64,000 bases of DNA from positions 1 through 64,000 of the forward strand of contig CBDCCI010000001.1 of assembly GCA_965214705.1 (NCBI GenBank). The letters are read 5' to 3'. Origin of the DNA: Alphaproteobacteria bacterium (lineage in GTDB: Bacteria > Pseudomonadota > Alphaproteobacteria > UBA828). Shown here piece by piece: positions 30,460 to 41,366 of the stretch. The position numbers were made by a program, and so were the translations under genes. The first letter of the stretch is position 1. Every line of letters begins with the position of its first letter. The notes under the pieces were generated by a model. The model worked only from the letters and a program-made list of their open reading frames with translations. It had not been told where the DNA came from and searched no databases.

Positions 30460-30633
30460 GGCGTGGTCAAGTTCCACGACGCCGGCAAGGGCTTCGGCTT
30501 CGTCGTCCCCGACGATGGCGGCCAAGACGTGTACCTGCGCGTGAGTGTGCTGAACCGCGCGGGACCGGCTGCGGACCCGGGGTCCGTCGAGGGGTCGGCG
30601 GGGAGGAGAGGAGCAGAGCCGGATCGGGCATGA
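30460..30633 (+). pseudogene. Cold-shock domain fragment
   Basis: GVVKFHDAGKGFGFVVPDDGGQDVYLRVSVLNRAG, after which similarity is lost. Confidence 0.7.
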
Positions 30634-30699
30634 CGTGCGGGCTTGCAGTGCGGCCGCCGTTCTGACCTATTGTGCGCTATCCCGCCGCGGACGATTTTC

Positions 30700-31158
30700 A
30701 TGACCGACCCGATCTCGCTGACGCGCGTGCGTTACCCGCCGCGGCCGTTCGACGGTCGGCACCGGATGAAGGGCGGACAGGGCGGGCAACGCTTGGCAGG
30801 TGCGGCGCTGGGCCTGGTCTGGCTGCCGGCCGGCTGTTGCCTCGCGTTCCTCGCTGCCGGCGGGCAGTCCGAGCAGCTGGGTCTGGTCATATCGCCGGAC
30901 TTGGTCCTGCTGGCGCCGGCGGGCCTGCTGCTGGCTTTGGCCGTCGGCGCACTGAGGCGCAGGGGCCGCGCAAGAACGGCCTGGTGGCTGGCGGCGGTCC
31001 TGGCCCCGCTGACTGTCGCCGGGTGCGCGCAGGCCGCCATGCTCGGACCGTTCGCGGTGGTAATTTGTGCGGCGACTGTAAGTCTGCCGGCGTGGACGGC
31101 CGTCGTCTTCCTGCACCGCCGCGCGGGGCGAGGCAACCGCATCCGCTCCATGCGCTGA
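30700..31158 (+). CDS. Small membrane protein (about 4 TM segments)
   Basis: Several hydrophobic stretches; start uncertain (30700 or 30766). Confidence 0.55.
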   Translation: MTDPISLTRVRYPPRPFDGRHRMKGGQGGQRLAGAALGLVWLPAGCCLAFLAAGGQSEQLGLVISPDLVLLAPAGLLLALAVGALRRRGRARTAWWLAAVLAPLTVAGCAQAAMLGPFAVVICAATVSLPAWTAVVFLHRRAGRGNRIRSMR

Positions 31159-31209
31159 CGGCAACGCCGGGCAGTCGGAGCCGGGACGCCTATCCGACCA
31201 TCCGCTTGC

Positions 31210-31647
31210 CTAACCCGGCCCCCGCCGCTGATTGATGGCGCTGTCGTCGCCGTCCGAGCCCATGGCGCGGGTAATCAGGTGGTCGGTGACGCCCTCGAAA
31301 TAATCCTCCAATTCCGTGTGAAGCCGGGTGAACTCCTCCCACACCACGCGGTCGAACTCCCGCTTGCGGACGCGCACCATGACCGTCGTCCGCCGCTGCC
31401 TGGCATAGCGGTAGGGGTGCACCCCGTGCTTGCGGCAGATCGCGATGAACAGCCTCACCGACCAAGTATCCGGCAGCGAGTACTGATACTCCTCCTTCGG
31501 GTCGGGGGTCCTGTCCCGGCTGCCCAGACGGTCATGCAGCCGGTCCATCGCGGCACCCGCCGCCGCCTTCTCCCCTGGACTGGCGGCCCGGCGGAACAGA
31601 GCCTCCACCTTGGCGAGCTTCTCTCTCAGTGCCTCGTCATCCATCAT
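31210..31647 (-). CDS. Conserved hypothetical protein of mobile elements
   Basis: LAKVEALF...PGEKAAA and W...LF.AICRKHGV.PYRY.RQRRTTVMVR. Confidence 0.75.
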   Translation of the reverse strand: MMDDEALREKLAKVEALFRRAASPGEKAAAGAAMDRLHDRLGSRDRTPDPKEEYQYSLPDTWSVRLFIAICRKHGVHPYRYARQRRTTVMVRVRKREFDRVVWEEFTRLHTELEDYFEGVTDHLITRAMGSDGDDSAINQRRGPG

Positions 31648-31720
31648 CGCTATCAAATCCGCACCCGATGTCCGACAGGATCATCGAAGCCTCTCCGCCT
31701 GTGCCAGGATCGCCGCATGC

Positions 31721-32671
31721 TCACGGCTCGTCCCAGCCGCCCGCCCGCTGCTTCGACGCCACGGCGACGAACGCTATGCACGCCCGGACCGGCGGCTGAT
31801 CGCGTCCCTTCGCCGTCAGCACGGCATGGAGGCACCTGCCGGTCGCCACGAACGCGCCGCCCTGCATGACCAGGGTCCCGGCCTCCACATGACGCCCAAT
31901 CAGATGGCGCCAGCCGAGGACAAGGCCGCGGCCGGCAACGGCCTCTTCCAGCGCATGGGCGTGGCTGGCGGCAACTGCGTACCGGGGGGCGGCGGCCGGG
32001 CGGCCGGCGGCCTCGAACCACCGCTCCCAGGACGGTCCACCCTTCTCGCAATCCGGGAGAGCAAGAAAGGTCAGGCCGCCCCAGTCCGCGACGGGTCCGT
32101 TCAGGATATCGGCATGAGCCGCAGCATAGCCGGGAGAGCAAAAGACGCCGATGGCCTCCGTGGCAACGACGACGCGGTGCCTTGGCGCGCCGCCCTGCGC
32201 CTCCCAGGTCAGGATCATGTCGGCGGAGGGGCCGGACGGCGGTGGAGCGAGGGCATCGGCGCCGGGCAGAATGCGAACCCGGACATCCTCGCCGAGCGCC
32301 GCCCGAAGCGCATCGAAGCGCTGCATCATGAACAGCTGCGATGCCTCATCCGGGCAGGCAACCGTCACCTCCGGCGGGCCGGTCCCCGAGAGGGCCGCAA
32401 CTTCCGCCGCCCCGTCACGGAGCGCCCCGAGCCCGATCAGGACGGCCTCGTGATAGCGCTGCCCCGCATCCGTCAGGCTCACTCCAATGCGGGAGCGGTC
32501 GAACAGCCGTTCGGACAGATGCTTCTCGAGACTCGCGATGTAGCGGCTGATCGCGGACTGCGAAGTGTGCAACTCCCGCGCCGCCTGCGAGAAGTTGCCA
32601 TGCCGCGCGGCACTCTCGAAGGCGGTCAGGACGCTGGTAGGCGGAACCCGGTAGGGGCCGTGATCGATCAT
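31721..32671 (-). CDS. LysR-family regulator (GcvA-like)
   Basis: FESAARHGNFSQAARELHTSQSAISRYIASLE. Confidence 0.9.
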   Translation of the reverse strand: MIDHGPYRVPPTSVLTAFESAARHGNFSQAARELHTSQSAISRYIASLEKHLSERLFDRSRIGVSLTDAGQRYHEAVLIGLGALRDGAAEVAALSGTGPPEVTVACPDEASQLFMMQRFDALRAALGEDVRVRILPGADALAPPPSGPSADMILTWEAQGGAPRHRVVVATEAIGVFCSPGYAAAHADILNGPVADWGGLTFLALPDCEKGGPSWERWFEAAGRPAAAPRYAVAASHAHALEEAVAGRGLVLGWRHLIGRHVEAGTLVMQGGAFVATGRCLHAVLTAKGRDQPPVRACIAFVAVASKQRAGGWDEP

Positions 32672-32944
32672 GGTCCCGGCGGCGCGGTTACGTCCCATGA
32701 GCTCTTCCGGGCGCCGTCTCGGACGGCGCCGCTCTGCGGCTGCGGCAGGCTCGGTTCCGCTCGAACGGAAGTGTAGCAGCCCGCGTACCCGTGTCCCTGC
32801 GGGCTGAGGGTGGATTTGAAGGCCGCGACGGGCGCAACGGGGCTCGCCGGGCCTGCCTCCCGGTTGCGCGCTTCATCGGCGTCAGCACGTCGCATCCGTT
32901 CTCCCGGCTGCGGTCGCGGCGCAGGCCGTGTCGATGCTCACCGC

Positions 32945-34162
32945 TCAGGGCCCCGCCCGATGCCGGGCAGCCTCAACCGCCTCGCGGCATCTGTAAAGAT
33001 CCTCCCCGATGCTGGCCGCGACCTTGGCCGCCGACCCCTTGACGGAATCCCGTGCCAGGTGCGCATACCGCGCGGTGGTCTCGACCTGCGTGTGGCCAAG
33101 CAGCCTGCCGATCATCGGCAGGCTCTCGCCCAGCGCGAGCGCCCTGCTGGCCCAGGAATGACGCAGGTCATGAAGCCGCACGTCCTCCAGCCCAGCGCGG
33201 CGGCGGATGACATCCCAGGACTGGTTGAGGTTGCGCAGGTGCGTGCGGCGCTTCTTGCCCACGATCACCCAGGGATTGTCCGCAACGCGCGGCAGATCGG
33301 ACAGAAGCCTTGCCGCAGCCGGCGACAGCGGCACCGCCCGCGGACCCGTCTTCGAGTCGGCGAGGTGCAAGACCTTCGCCTCAAGGTCCACATCGCTCCA
33401 GCGCAGACCCAGTATCTCGCTGCGCCGGCACCCCGTCAGCATCAGCAGGCGCAGCGCGGCCACCGCGTACTTCGACGCGCCCCCCTCGTCGGCTGCGTCT
33501 GCGAGCACGCGGCCAAGGCGCCGGAACTCCTCCTCGGTCAGAAACCGCTCGTGCTTGCGGGTCCTGTACTTCGGAAACGAGCGGCACGGATTGGTCCCCT
33601 CCGGCACCAGCTCCCACGCCTCCGCACGATTGAACATGCGGGAGAGAACCGCAACCACGTGGTTCGCCGTGGCCGGTCGGTCGCGCAGCCGGAAGTGAAG
33701 ATCGGCCACCTGCTTGCGCTCGACGGCCTCTATGGGAACGTCGCCCAGCGCGGGAAGGATGTGGTTCTTCAGCATCAGGCGGCACAGCTCCACAGTCCTC
33801 GGCTTGCACCGGACAGCCACGTGCTCCGTCAGGTAGCGCTCCGCCAGCGCTGCAACCGTCGGACCCTCCGGCCTGGGCGCTTCGGGATTCCTGGGGCTCA
33901 CCTCCTCTCCCGCCTTGATGCGCGTGATCATCTGCGCCGCCCGCTGGCGTGCCTGCTCGGCCGTCAGCACCCCGTGCCGGCCCACCGTGACCCGCCTCGA
34001 CTTCCCCTTCGCGCGGGCCTGAACGATGTACACCTTCTTGCCCGACGCATAGGCCCGCACCCCGAAGCCCGAAAGCTCCCGGTCCCAGAAGATCGTGTCC
34101 TTATCGACCTCCAGTCCCTCCACCATGCGCTTCGAGATCGATCTGTGGTGCAGCTTAGCCAT
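32945..34162 (-). CDS. Tyrosine integrase with arm-binding (DUF4102-like) domain
   Basis: FWDRELSGFGVR, TGCRRSEI, LHDLRHS, LGH...TTARY. Confidence 0.92.
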   Translation of the reverse strand: MAKLHHRSISKRMVEGLEVDKDTIFWDRELSGFGVRAYASGKKVYIVQARAKGKSRRVTVGRHGVLTAEQARQRAAQMITRIKAGEEVSPRNPEAPRPEGPTVAALAERYLTEHVAVRCKPRTVELCRLMLKNHILPALGDVPIEAVERKQVADLHFRLRDRPATANHVVAVLSRMFNRAEAWELVPEGTNPCRSFPKYRTRKHERFLTEEEFRRLGRVLADAADEGGASKYAVAALRLLMLTGCRRSEILGLRWSDVDLEAKVLHLADSKTGPRAVPLSPAAARLLSDLPRVADNPWVIVGKKRRTHLRNLNQSWDVIRRRAGLEDVRLHDLRHSWASRALALGESLPMIGRLLGHTQVETTARYAHLARDSVKGSAAKVAASIGEDLYRCREAVEAARHRAGP

Positions 34163-34201
34163 GACGCGCGATCTCCTCGGTTGTACCCGGTCCTCCGCGC
34201 A

Positions 34202-35392
34202 TCATGCCGCCTCCGCGTCCGGAACCATGATGTCGGCCTCGATGCTGTCCGCCACCCTGGCCGCAGACACCTTCTCCGTGTCCTGCGCGAGATGAGCGTA
34301 GCGCGCCGTCGTCTGCACCTGCGTGTGGCCGAGCTGCCTGCCGATCATCGGCAGGCTCTCGCCCAGCGCCAGCGCCCTGCTGGCCCAGCTATGTCGAAGG
34401 TCGTGGAGGCGCACGTCCTTCAGGTCGGCCCGTACCCGCAGCCGATACCAGAGCTCGTTGACGTTCCTCAGGTGATTCCCCGACCTTTTCCCCGCGATCA
34501 CCCACGGACTGCCGGGCATCCGCGGGATCGCGTCCAGCACCGCCGCCGCCGTGGGCGTCAGCGGCACCATCCGCCCTCCCGTTTTCGCGTCCCTGAGGCG
34601 CAACTCGCCGGCGGTCCGGTCGACGTCGTCCCATCGTAGCGACAGGATCTCGTTGCGCCGGCAGCCGGTCAGGATCAACAAGCGGATCGCGGCAATGGCG
34701 GGGGGCCAGGCCGTGCCCTCTGCCTCCATCTCGTCCAGGACCCGGCCCAGGCGCTGGTACTCCTCGGCGCTCAGGAACCGCTGCGGCTTGCGCTCCTTGT
34801 ACTTGCGCACAGACCGGCACGGGTTCCGCCCCTGCGGGTGAAGGCCCCACACCTCGGCCAGGGAATACATCTTCTTCAGAATGTCGACCGACCTGTTCGC
34901 CGAGCTCGGCCGGTCACGCAGCGCGTAGTGCAGGTTCGCCACGTGCGTGCGCTCGACCGAGCCGATCGGCATGGAGCCCAGGACGGGCAGGATGCAGTTC
35001 CTGAGAAGCCCGTCATAGCGCACCGCCGTCGCAGGCTTGCAGTTCACCGCCACATGCGCGCGCATGAAGCGGTCGGCAAGGTCGGCTACGGTCGGCCCCT
35101 TCTCCTTCTCGGGCTCAGCCGGCAGCGGCTCCTGCCCGGTCTTGATCCTGTCGATGATCCCGGCGGCGCGCTTGCGCGCCTGCTCTGCGGTGATCTTCCC
35201 GTGCCGGCCCAGCGTGACCCGCCTGGAGCCTCCCGGCCCCCGGCTCTGCACCACGTAGACCTTGCGGCCGGAGGGGTAGACGCGCACCCCGAAGCCGGAC
35301 AGGTCGCGGTCCCAGAAGATGGCGTCCCGATCCTCGACGAAAAGGGCATCGACGGTCCGTTTGGAGATTGTGCGCTCCCGACACTGTGACAT
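34202..35392 (-). CDS. Tyrosine integrase, tandem paralog
   Basis: Same motifs: FWDRDLSGFGVR, TGCRRNEI, LHDLRHS, TTARY. Confidence 0.92.
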   Translation of the reverse strand: MSQCRERTISKRTVDALFVEDRDAIFWDRDLSGFGVRVYPSGRKVYVVQSRGPGGSRRVTLGRHGKITAEQARKRAAGIIDRIKTGQEPLPAEPEKEKGPTVADLADRFMRAHVAVNCKPATAVRYDGLLRNCILPVLGSMPIGSVERTHVANLHYALRDRPSSANRSVDILKKMYSLAEVWGLHPQGRNPCRSVRKYKERKPQRFLSAEEYQRLGRVLDEMEAEGTAWPPAIAAIRLLILTGCRRNEILSLRWDDVDRTAGELRLRDAKTGGRMVPLTPTAAAVLDAIPRMPGSPWVIAGKRSGNHLRNVNELWYRLRVRADLKDVRLHDLRHSWASRALALGESLPMIGRQLGHTQVQTTARYAHLAQDTEKVSAARVADSIEADIMVPDAEAA

Positions 35393-36248
35393 AAAATCCC
35401 CACCCCGTTGACCACCGCGAGAGGGCGTTCGATCATGAAATGGCGATGGTCAGGCAGGCTGTGGCGCCCCATATGAGCTGTGCCGCTCGGGCCTGCGCCC
35501 GGGACCTCGATCCCGCCATCGCCGCGTGGCCGAACGCCTCGATCACGCCTGGAGAGGGTACACGATCCCGTAAGCGCCACGCAAGCAAGCGATGTCAAAC
35601 TCCCGCGTAGGCCTGCGTACAATAGTCGCAAAATCGATACGGAAGCTACGGGGAGGGGCGGACGATCAGTGTATAGAATCAGCTATTTGTCGTAGCCAAG
35701 CGTAGGAATGTCGCATGAACGAAGCGCTTCCCCATGCGGCGCGCTTCCTTTCATGCTTCTATCCTCCTCCTCGCGAGATTGTTCTGTCCCATGCATGGTC
35801 CGCGGCGGTGCGCCTCTCACCGAACGCAACCTGCCGCAAGCTGGATGGTACACGATGCGCGCTCCCACGCGACTGGAATCATGACAGAAATCTGTCAAAC
35901 GATCGTTTTTCCCTCACCCCGTGGCAAAAATATCACATCGAGTCGCTCCCGCAGCCCGTCTATCGGCTGATTCACCCCGGCTACCCGACTAAAGCCTTGA
36001 CCGCTTGCCACGAGTTGCCCCTCGCGCCGTGAGATGCACCCAGCAGGCCGTACTCACGCCTTCGGATGGTGCAAGTCGGATCGTGGCGGGTAGGCAATCG
36101 CCAATCCTGTACGCTCATACGCGCTCCGATTTGACTCCAATTGCTTTCTTAGTGCTTACGGAAATTCTTATTCAGCTTCAAGAGGGAAATAATTATCAAA
36201 TATTATCAGTTACTTAACGAAGAATCTTTCAGATAACAATTCCGAAGC

Positions 36249-37270
36249 ATGAGAAGGTATTGTTAGGAACTACGGCACTCGCGGCTGTTGGCCTGCTGGC
36301 CAGCAATGTCGCGTCTGCCGATGAGATGATGGCCGAGCCGATCAGCGTCGGCGTGGGCGGCTATTACACCATTGCCGCCATCGCCTATGACGAAGACGAT
36401 GCCATGAATGATCGCGGTCATGGCATCAACCAGAACATGGAGATGCAGATCGCCGGCTCGTCCACCCTTGACAACGGCATCACTGTCGGCGTCAGGGTCC
36501 GCTTCTCCGCCAACGACTACGAGCACAGCGACGAGCAGGAAGTCACCTTTAGCGGCGGCTTCGGCTCCCTGCACGTCGGCGCAATCGAGGGCGCCGCGCA
36601 GCAGACGGTCATCTGGGCGCCAGGCAACAGCGTGCCGATCGGCGGCATCAAGTCGCCCTGGTTCGGCGGGATCGGCGGCATGTGGAATACGGGCGCAGGT
36701 CCACTTGGCCTCATGGACGAGGATGCGCTCAAGGTCGTCTACTTCTCGCCGAGCTTCAACGGCATCTCTTTTGCCGCGAGCTACGCGCCTGAGGATAACA
36801 CTAATTCTTACGGAACTGATTTTGACGGTGGACGGAGTACTGACGACGACGCGAATGAGGAGCAGGTAGCGGTTGCCCTCAGCTACACGGTCGACGTCAT
36901 GGGCGGCAGCTTCAGCGCCAACGTCGGTTACGAGTCCTATACTAGTAACTTGGGCGCCACCGATCCCGAGGGCTTGCGCTACGGAGCCTTGATCAGTATC
37001 GACCAGATCGCACTCGGCGGCGCCGTGTACGATAAAGATGTAGGCGGCGTCACGACTTCGTATTCCGATATCGGCGTGTCCTGGACCGACGGTCCCATGA
37101 TGCTGGGTGTTCAGTACGGCGACAACGAGTCCAACAACAGCAACATCGTGGCCTTCAATGCCAACTACAATCTCGGACCGGGAATCGATCTCGGGCTGCA
37201 GATCGGCGCGGGCGAGAGTGGCGCGAACGACTTCACTCAGCTCCTTCTGGGGACGATGCTCAACTTCTAA
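36249..37270 (+). CDS. Alphaproteobacterial porin (probable 1-nt indel after the ATG)
   Basis: LLGTTAL signal, TLDNGITVG, YFSPSFNG, terminal Phe; ATG 36249 is one base out of frame with (K)VLLGTT. Confidence 0.85.
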
Positions 37271-37296
37271 TCTCGAGCATTGTCGTCAAGAGTGTG

Positions 37297-37327
37297 GGGA
37301 GCGGCTTCGGCCGCTCCCTTTTCTTTG
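37297..37327 (+). terminator. Rho-independent terminator
   Basis: GGGAGCGGC-TTCG-GCCGCTCCC followed by a T-tract. Confidence 0.9.
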
Positions 37328-37481
37328 GGCGGATTCCAGCCGACCGCACGCGCGGCTGAGGCGATAGGACGGGAAAGCGGAGACGACTTGGATGCGTTCA
37401 ATTCACACTGTATCTGTGCCGCTCCGGTCGCCTAGTAGGGCCTTGCCGGCGTAATAGGCGTCGGTCACCCTGCGCTGACCC

Positions 37482-38348
37482 ATGAGCGGTATCCTGTGGC
37501 TGGCCTCCTACCCCAAGTCGGGCAATACTTGGCTGCGTGCCTTCTTGCACAACCTGCTGCGGAATTCGCGCACGTCCTTCGACATCAACCGAATGTCCGA
37601 GTTGACGGCGGGCGACAGCCAAGCCCACTGGTACGGGCGTCTCGATCCCCGACCGCCGGCGGCGCTGGATGCGGAGGACCTCGCACGCCTCAGGCCCAGG
37701 GTGCACTCACTCATCGCGGAGAGAGCGCGCGATACCGTCATGGTCAAGACCCACAACGCCCTCGTCGAGGCCGATGGCGTGCCCATGATTACCCAGTCGC
37801 TCACGGCAGGGGCGATCTACGTCGTACGCAACCCGCTCGACGTGGTCGTCTCCTACGCCCACCACCTGGGCCAGCCGACGGACGACGTCATCACGCTCAT
37901 GGAGACAAGGGGATTCCATTCTCCCGCGACCGCGGACCAAGTGCCTGAGCACCACAGCGACTGGTCCACCCATGTCGAGAGTTGGACCGCCAGCTCGCAT
38001 CCGCAGCTCCACGTCGTGCGCTACGAAGACATGAGCCGCCGGCCCGGCCCGACTTTTCGCGCCATTTCGGCCTTCCTCGGCCTCAAGCCGCCGCGCGAGC
38101 GCCTGGAGCGGGCGATGCGGCACTCGTCCTTCCGCTCACTGCGCGCGCAGGAAGACCGCACCGGCTTTATCGAGCGCACCCCGTCGCAGGACCGCTTCTT
38201 CCGGACCGGCAAGATGGGCGGCTGGCGGGAGGTGCTGGACGACGCGCAGGTCCGCCGCGTGGTAGAGCGTCACCGCACCCAAATGGAACGCTTCGGCTAC
38301 TTGCCCTCCGGCTACGAGGGTACGCGCGAGCGCGATGCCGGCGGATGA
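37482..38348 (+). CDS. Sulfotransferase
   Basis: WLASYPKSGNTW (PAPS loop), VRNPLDV, RYED, FFRTG. Confidence 0.92.
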   Translation: MSGILWLASYPKSGNTWLRAFLHNLLRNSRTSFDINRMSELTAGDSQAHWYGRLDPRPPAALDAEDLARLRPRVHSLIAERARDTVMVKTHNALVEADGVPMITQSLTAGAIYVVRNPLDVVVSYAHHLGQPTDDVITLMETRGFHSPATADQVPEHHSDWSTHVESWTASSHPQLHVVRYEDMSRRPGPTFRAISAFLGLKPPRERLERAMRHSSFRSLRAQEDRTGFIERTPSQDRFFRTGKMGGWREVLDDAQVRRVVERHRTQMERFGYLPSGYEGTRERDAGG

Positions 38349-38506
38349 GAAAAGAGGCGGGCTGAGCGCCGCTCACGGTAGACGCGCATCTCGACGCGTT
38401 CAAAACGCGCGGGTGTCGAGGCTGCCGCAGACGTTTGCGCCACGTTTCGTCTCGCAATAGCCTAGGCTAGACGGGCGAATGAGGCGTCGTCAGGGAGAAC
38501 CAGAAA

Positions 38507-39352
38507 ATGACGGGAAACAGCTTCGGATCGCGCTGGATTGTTGGAGCAGTAACGGCCGCGGGCCTCGCACTCGGCGGGGCGTCAGTTGCGAAGGCGCAGG
38601 AAGGGGAGTGGTATGTCGGGGCGAACATGCCCCTCATGTTCATCGACGACACGGATTCGGTCTCCACCGGTTCCTTCCAGCAGACGCAGATGGGGCCGCA
38701 GGGCCTGGTTCAGCACGAAGTCAGCTACAGCGCGACGGTCAGGACGGAGCATGACACGGGGTTCAAGCTCGGCGCCGTCCTCGGCCATCACCTGGATTCC
38801 AATCTCCGCGTCGAGGGCGAGATCTTCTTCGCCAGAGCCAAGGTCAGCAAGCTGACCCACAGCAGTATTACCGTGCCGGCACGCTCCTTCACCCTGCAGG
38901 ACGAACTGGCTATCCCCGTGTCGGGCTCTGCCGACCAGTTCGGTGCGCTAGTGAACGTCTGGTACGACTTCGACACCGGGGACAACTGGACCCCTTACGT
39001 CGGCGGCGGGCTCGGCTTGATTCGGGTCGACCGGGGCGGTCTGAGCTACGAAACCGGCGCGGTGGCGCAGGCAGTTGCGACCGCGCTGGCCCAGCAGGCA
39101 GGAGCACCACCGGGATTTGAACCACCCATCCCCGAAGTGCCCGAACTCTCTGGCAGCGATACCGCGTTCGCGTATCAGATCGGAGCGGGAGTGGGCTACG
39201 CGCTATCGGATACGGCCACGCTCCAGATCGGCTATCGGCTGCAAATGGTTGACGGCTTGTCGTTCAGCGGCGCAAACGACGTGGCGACGGTGGGCTCCGA
39301 CACCAACCTCCGTATTCACTTCCTCGAGATCGGCATCCGGCAACTGTTCTAG
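38507..39352 (+). CDS. Outer-membrane beta-barrel protein (OmpA-like/Opa family)
   Basis: Signal peptide, WTPYVGGGLG, FAYQIGAGVGY, terminal Phe. Confidence 0.85.
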   Translation: MTGNSFGSRWIVGAVTAAGLALGGASVAKAQEGEWYVGANMPLMFIDDTDSVSTGSFQQTQMGPQGLVQHEVSYSATVRTEHDTGFKLGAVLGHHLDSNLRVEGEIFFARAKVSKLTHSSITVPARSFTLQDELAIPVSGSADQFGALVNVWYDFDTGDNWTPYVGGGLGLIRVDRGGLSYETGAVAQAVATALAQQAGAPPGFEPPIPEVPELSGSDTAFAYQIGAGVGYALSDTATLQIGYRLQMVDGLSFSGANDVATVGSDTNLRIHFLEIGIRQLF

Positions 39353-39382
39353 GGGAACGTAAACGCGCCGCTGAGGGCGCAT

Positions 39383-40312
39383 TCAGGCGCTGGCGGAGCG
39401 GCGAAGGCCCGTCTCAGCGATAACCGCGGCAATCGCCTGCTCGCCGCGCGGCGCCATCAGGTGCGCGCCGGCGACGCCCTTAATTCCCCGCAACTCCTCG
39501 ATCAACTCGACACAGATGCGCATGCCCTCGGCCTGTGAGTCCTTGGCGCCGTCGAGCCGGGCGATGACCGCATCCGGGATGTGCACGCCGAACAGATTCT
39601 CGTTCATCCAGCGGGCCGAACGCGCCGACCGTATGGGCCCGATGCCGACGATGATGGACGTGCGCTCCGGGATTCCGAAATCCCCGAGCCAGGCGAGGTA
39701 GCGCCTTAGCATCGCCATGTCGAAGCAGAACTGGGTCTGGAAGAAGTCCGCTCCCGCGTCGATCTTGGCCTGAAGGCTGGTGGGCGTATCGCCCGCCTTG
39801 GGCTCGCGGGGCGCATCGGCGCCGCCGATCAGCAACCGAGGCACGGAGGCGAGGCTACGCCCGCCCGGCAGCACGGCCTCGTCCCGCATGGTGCGGACCA
39901 GCGCCATGAACTCGTTGGACTTGAGGTCGAAGACCGGCTTCGTCTCGGGCTGATCGCCGGCGTCAACCGAATCGCCGGTGAGGCAGAGCAGGCTGTGCAC
40001 GCCGAGCGCGGCCGCCCCCAGCACGTCGGCCTGCAGCGCGAGGCGATTGCGGTCCCGCATGGTGAACTGGAGCACCGGCTCGATGCCTTCGCGGACCAGA
40101 ATCGCAGCGGTCGCGAGCGGCGAGAGATGCGCGCGTGCGCCAGCTCCGTCGAGCACGTTGACGGCATCGGCGAGCCCCTTGAGGCAGCCGGCGTGGGCCA
40201 GAACGTCGGCCGAATCCACCGAGTCGGGCGGGCCCATCTCAGCCGTGATGGCGAACTCGCCCGCGCGCAACACCTGTTCCAGCCGGCCCGCGCTCTTCGC
40301 CTCGTCTGCCAT
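39383..40312 (-). CDS. metF: Methylenetetrahydrofolate reductase
   Basis: RDRNRLALQ, CLTGD, KIDAGADFFQTQF. Confidence 0.88.
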   Translation of the reverse strand: MADEAKSAGRLEQVLRAGEFAITAEMGPPDSVDSADVLAHAGCLKGLADAVNVLDGAGARAHLSPLATAAILVREGIEPVLQFTMRDRNRLALQADVLGAAALGVHSLLCLTGDSVDAGDQPETKPVFDLKSNEFMALVRTMRDEAVLPGGRSLASVPRLLIGGADAPREPKAGDTPTSLQAKIDAGADFFQTQFCFDMAMLRRYLAWLGDFGIPERTSIIVGIGPIRSARSARWMNENLFGVHIPDAVIARLDGAKDSQAEGMRICVELIEELRGIKGVAGAHLMAPRGEQAIAAVIAETGLRRSASA

Positions 40313-40408
40313 GGCCCTCTCCACCGCTCTCGTCGGCCGTCTGGCTGACGGCCGGGGCGCGACCATAGAAGGCGCGGGCCGGACAATCCAGCGCGTATTC
40401 GCGCCGAT

Positions 40409-41005
40409 TCAGAGCAGGCGCTGGCGTGCCTTGAGCGCGGTGCCGAGGGTGCCGTCGTCGAGATAGTCGAGCTCGCCACCCACCGGCAGGCCGTGGGCGA
40501 GGCGGGAGATCGCGACGCCGCTCTCGGCGAGCCGATCGGTCAGATAGTGAGCCGTGGTCTGCCCATCCACCGTGGCGCTGGTGGCGAGGATGATCTCGCT
40601 GACCTCGGGCGCGTCGGCCCGGGCGACGAGGCCGGCGATGGCGAGATCTTCCGGCCCGATGCCGTCGAGGGCCGACAAGAGCCCGCCCAAAACGTGATAG
40701 CGGCCGCGGAACATCAGCGTGCGCTCCAGCGCCCACAGGTCCGCAACCTGCTCGACGACGCAGATGGCTGTGCGATCACGCTCCGGATCGGCGCAGATGG
40801 CGCACGGGTCCCGCGCATCGAGATTGCCACAGGTGGCGCAGGGGCGGACGCTCTCCGCCGCCGTGCGCAGCGCGGCGAGCAGCGGCTCCAGGTGGGATTC
40901 GCGCCGCTCCAGCAAATGCAGCGCAGCGCGGCGAGCCGAGCGCGGCCCGAGACCGGGGAGCTTGCCGAGATGCCCGACCAGCCGCTCGATCGCAGGGCTC
41001 GTCAT
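40409..41005 (-). CDS. recR: Recombination protein RecR
   Basis: [12 protein letters not shown]4 Zn finger, [12 protein letters not shown]. Confidence 0.97.
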   Translation of the reverse strand: MTSPAIERLVGHLGKLPGLGPRSARRAALHLLERRESHLEPLLAALRTAAESVRPCATCGNLDARDPCAICADPERDRTAICVVEQVADLWALERTLMFRGRYHVLGGLLSALDGIGPEDLAIAGLVARADAPEVSEIILATSATVDGQTTAHYLTDRLAESGVAISRLAHGLPVGGELDYLDDGTLGTALKARQRLL

Positions 41006-41042
41006 CGCCCGTCGCCCGCGAGGGAAGGGCTGCGGCGCGCCC

Positions 41043-41366
41043 TCACATGCCGAGATCGAGGCCTGGCGGCAGCTTGAGCCCGCCGGTGACCTCGGCCATG
41101 CGTTCCTGAACGAGCTGCTCGACCTTGGCCTTGCCGTCGTTGAAGGCGGCGACGATCAGGTCTTCCAGAACCTCCACCTCGTCGCCGTTCACCAGTGCCG
41201 GGTCGATGGAGAGGCGGCGCATTTCGCCCTTGCCGGTGAGCGTCACCCGCACCAGGCCGCCGCCCGCCGTACCCTCGACCTCCAGCGCGCCAAGGCTTTC
41301 CTGCAGCTCGGCCATCCTGGTCTGCATTTCCTGCGCCTGCTTCAGCATCTTGCCGATATTCTTCAT
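41043..41366 (-). CDS. ybaB: YbaB/EbfC nucleoid protein
   Basis: MLKQAQEMQ...GGGLV...[11 protein letters not shown]. Confidence 0.95.
   Translation of the reverse strand: MKNIGKMLKQAQEMQTRMAELQESLGALEVEGTAGGGLVRVTLTGKGEMRRLSIDPALVNGDEVEVLEDLIVAAFNDGKAKVEQLVQERMAEVTGGLKLPPGLDLGM

Noticed and set aside
35400-36240. tRNA or small genes at the island boundary
   Set aside because: No cloverleaf or recognisable ORF; the AT-rich part is probably the porin promoter region
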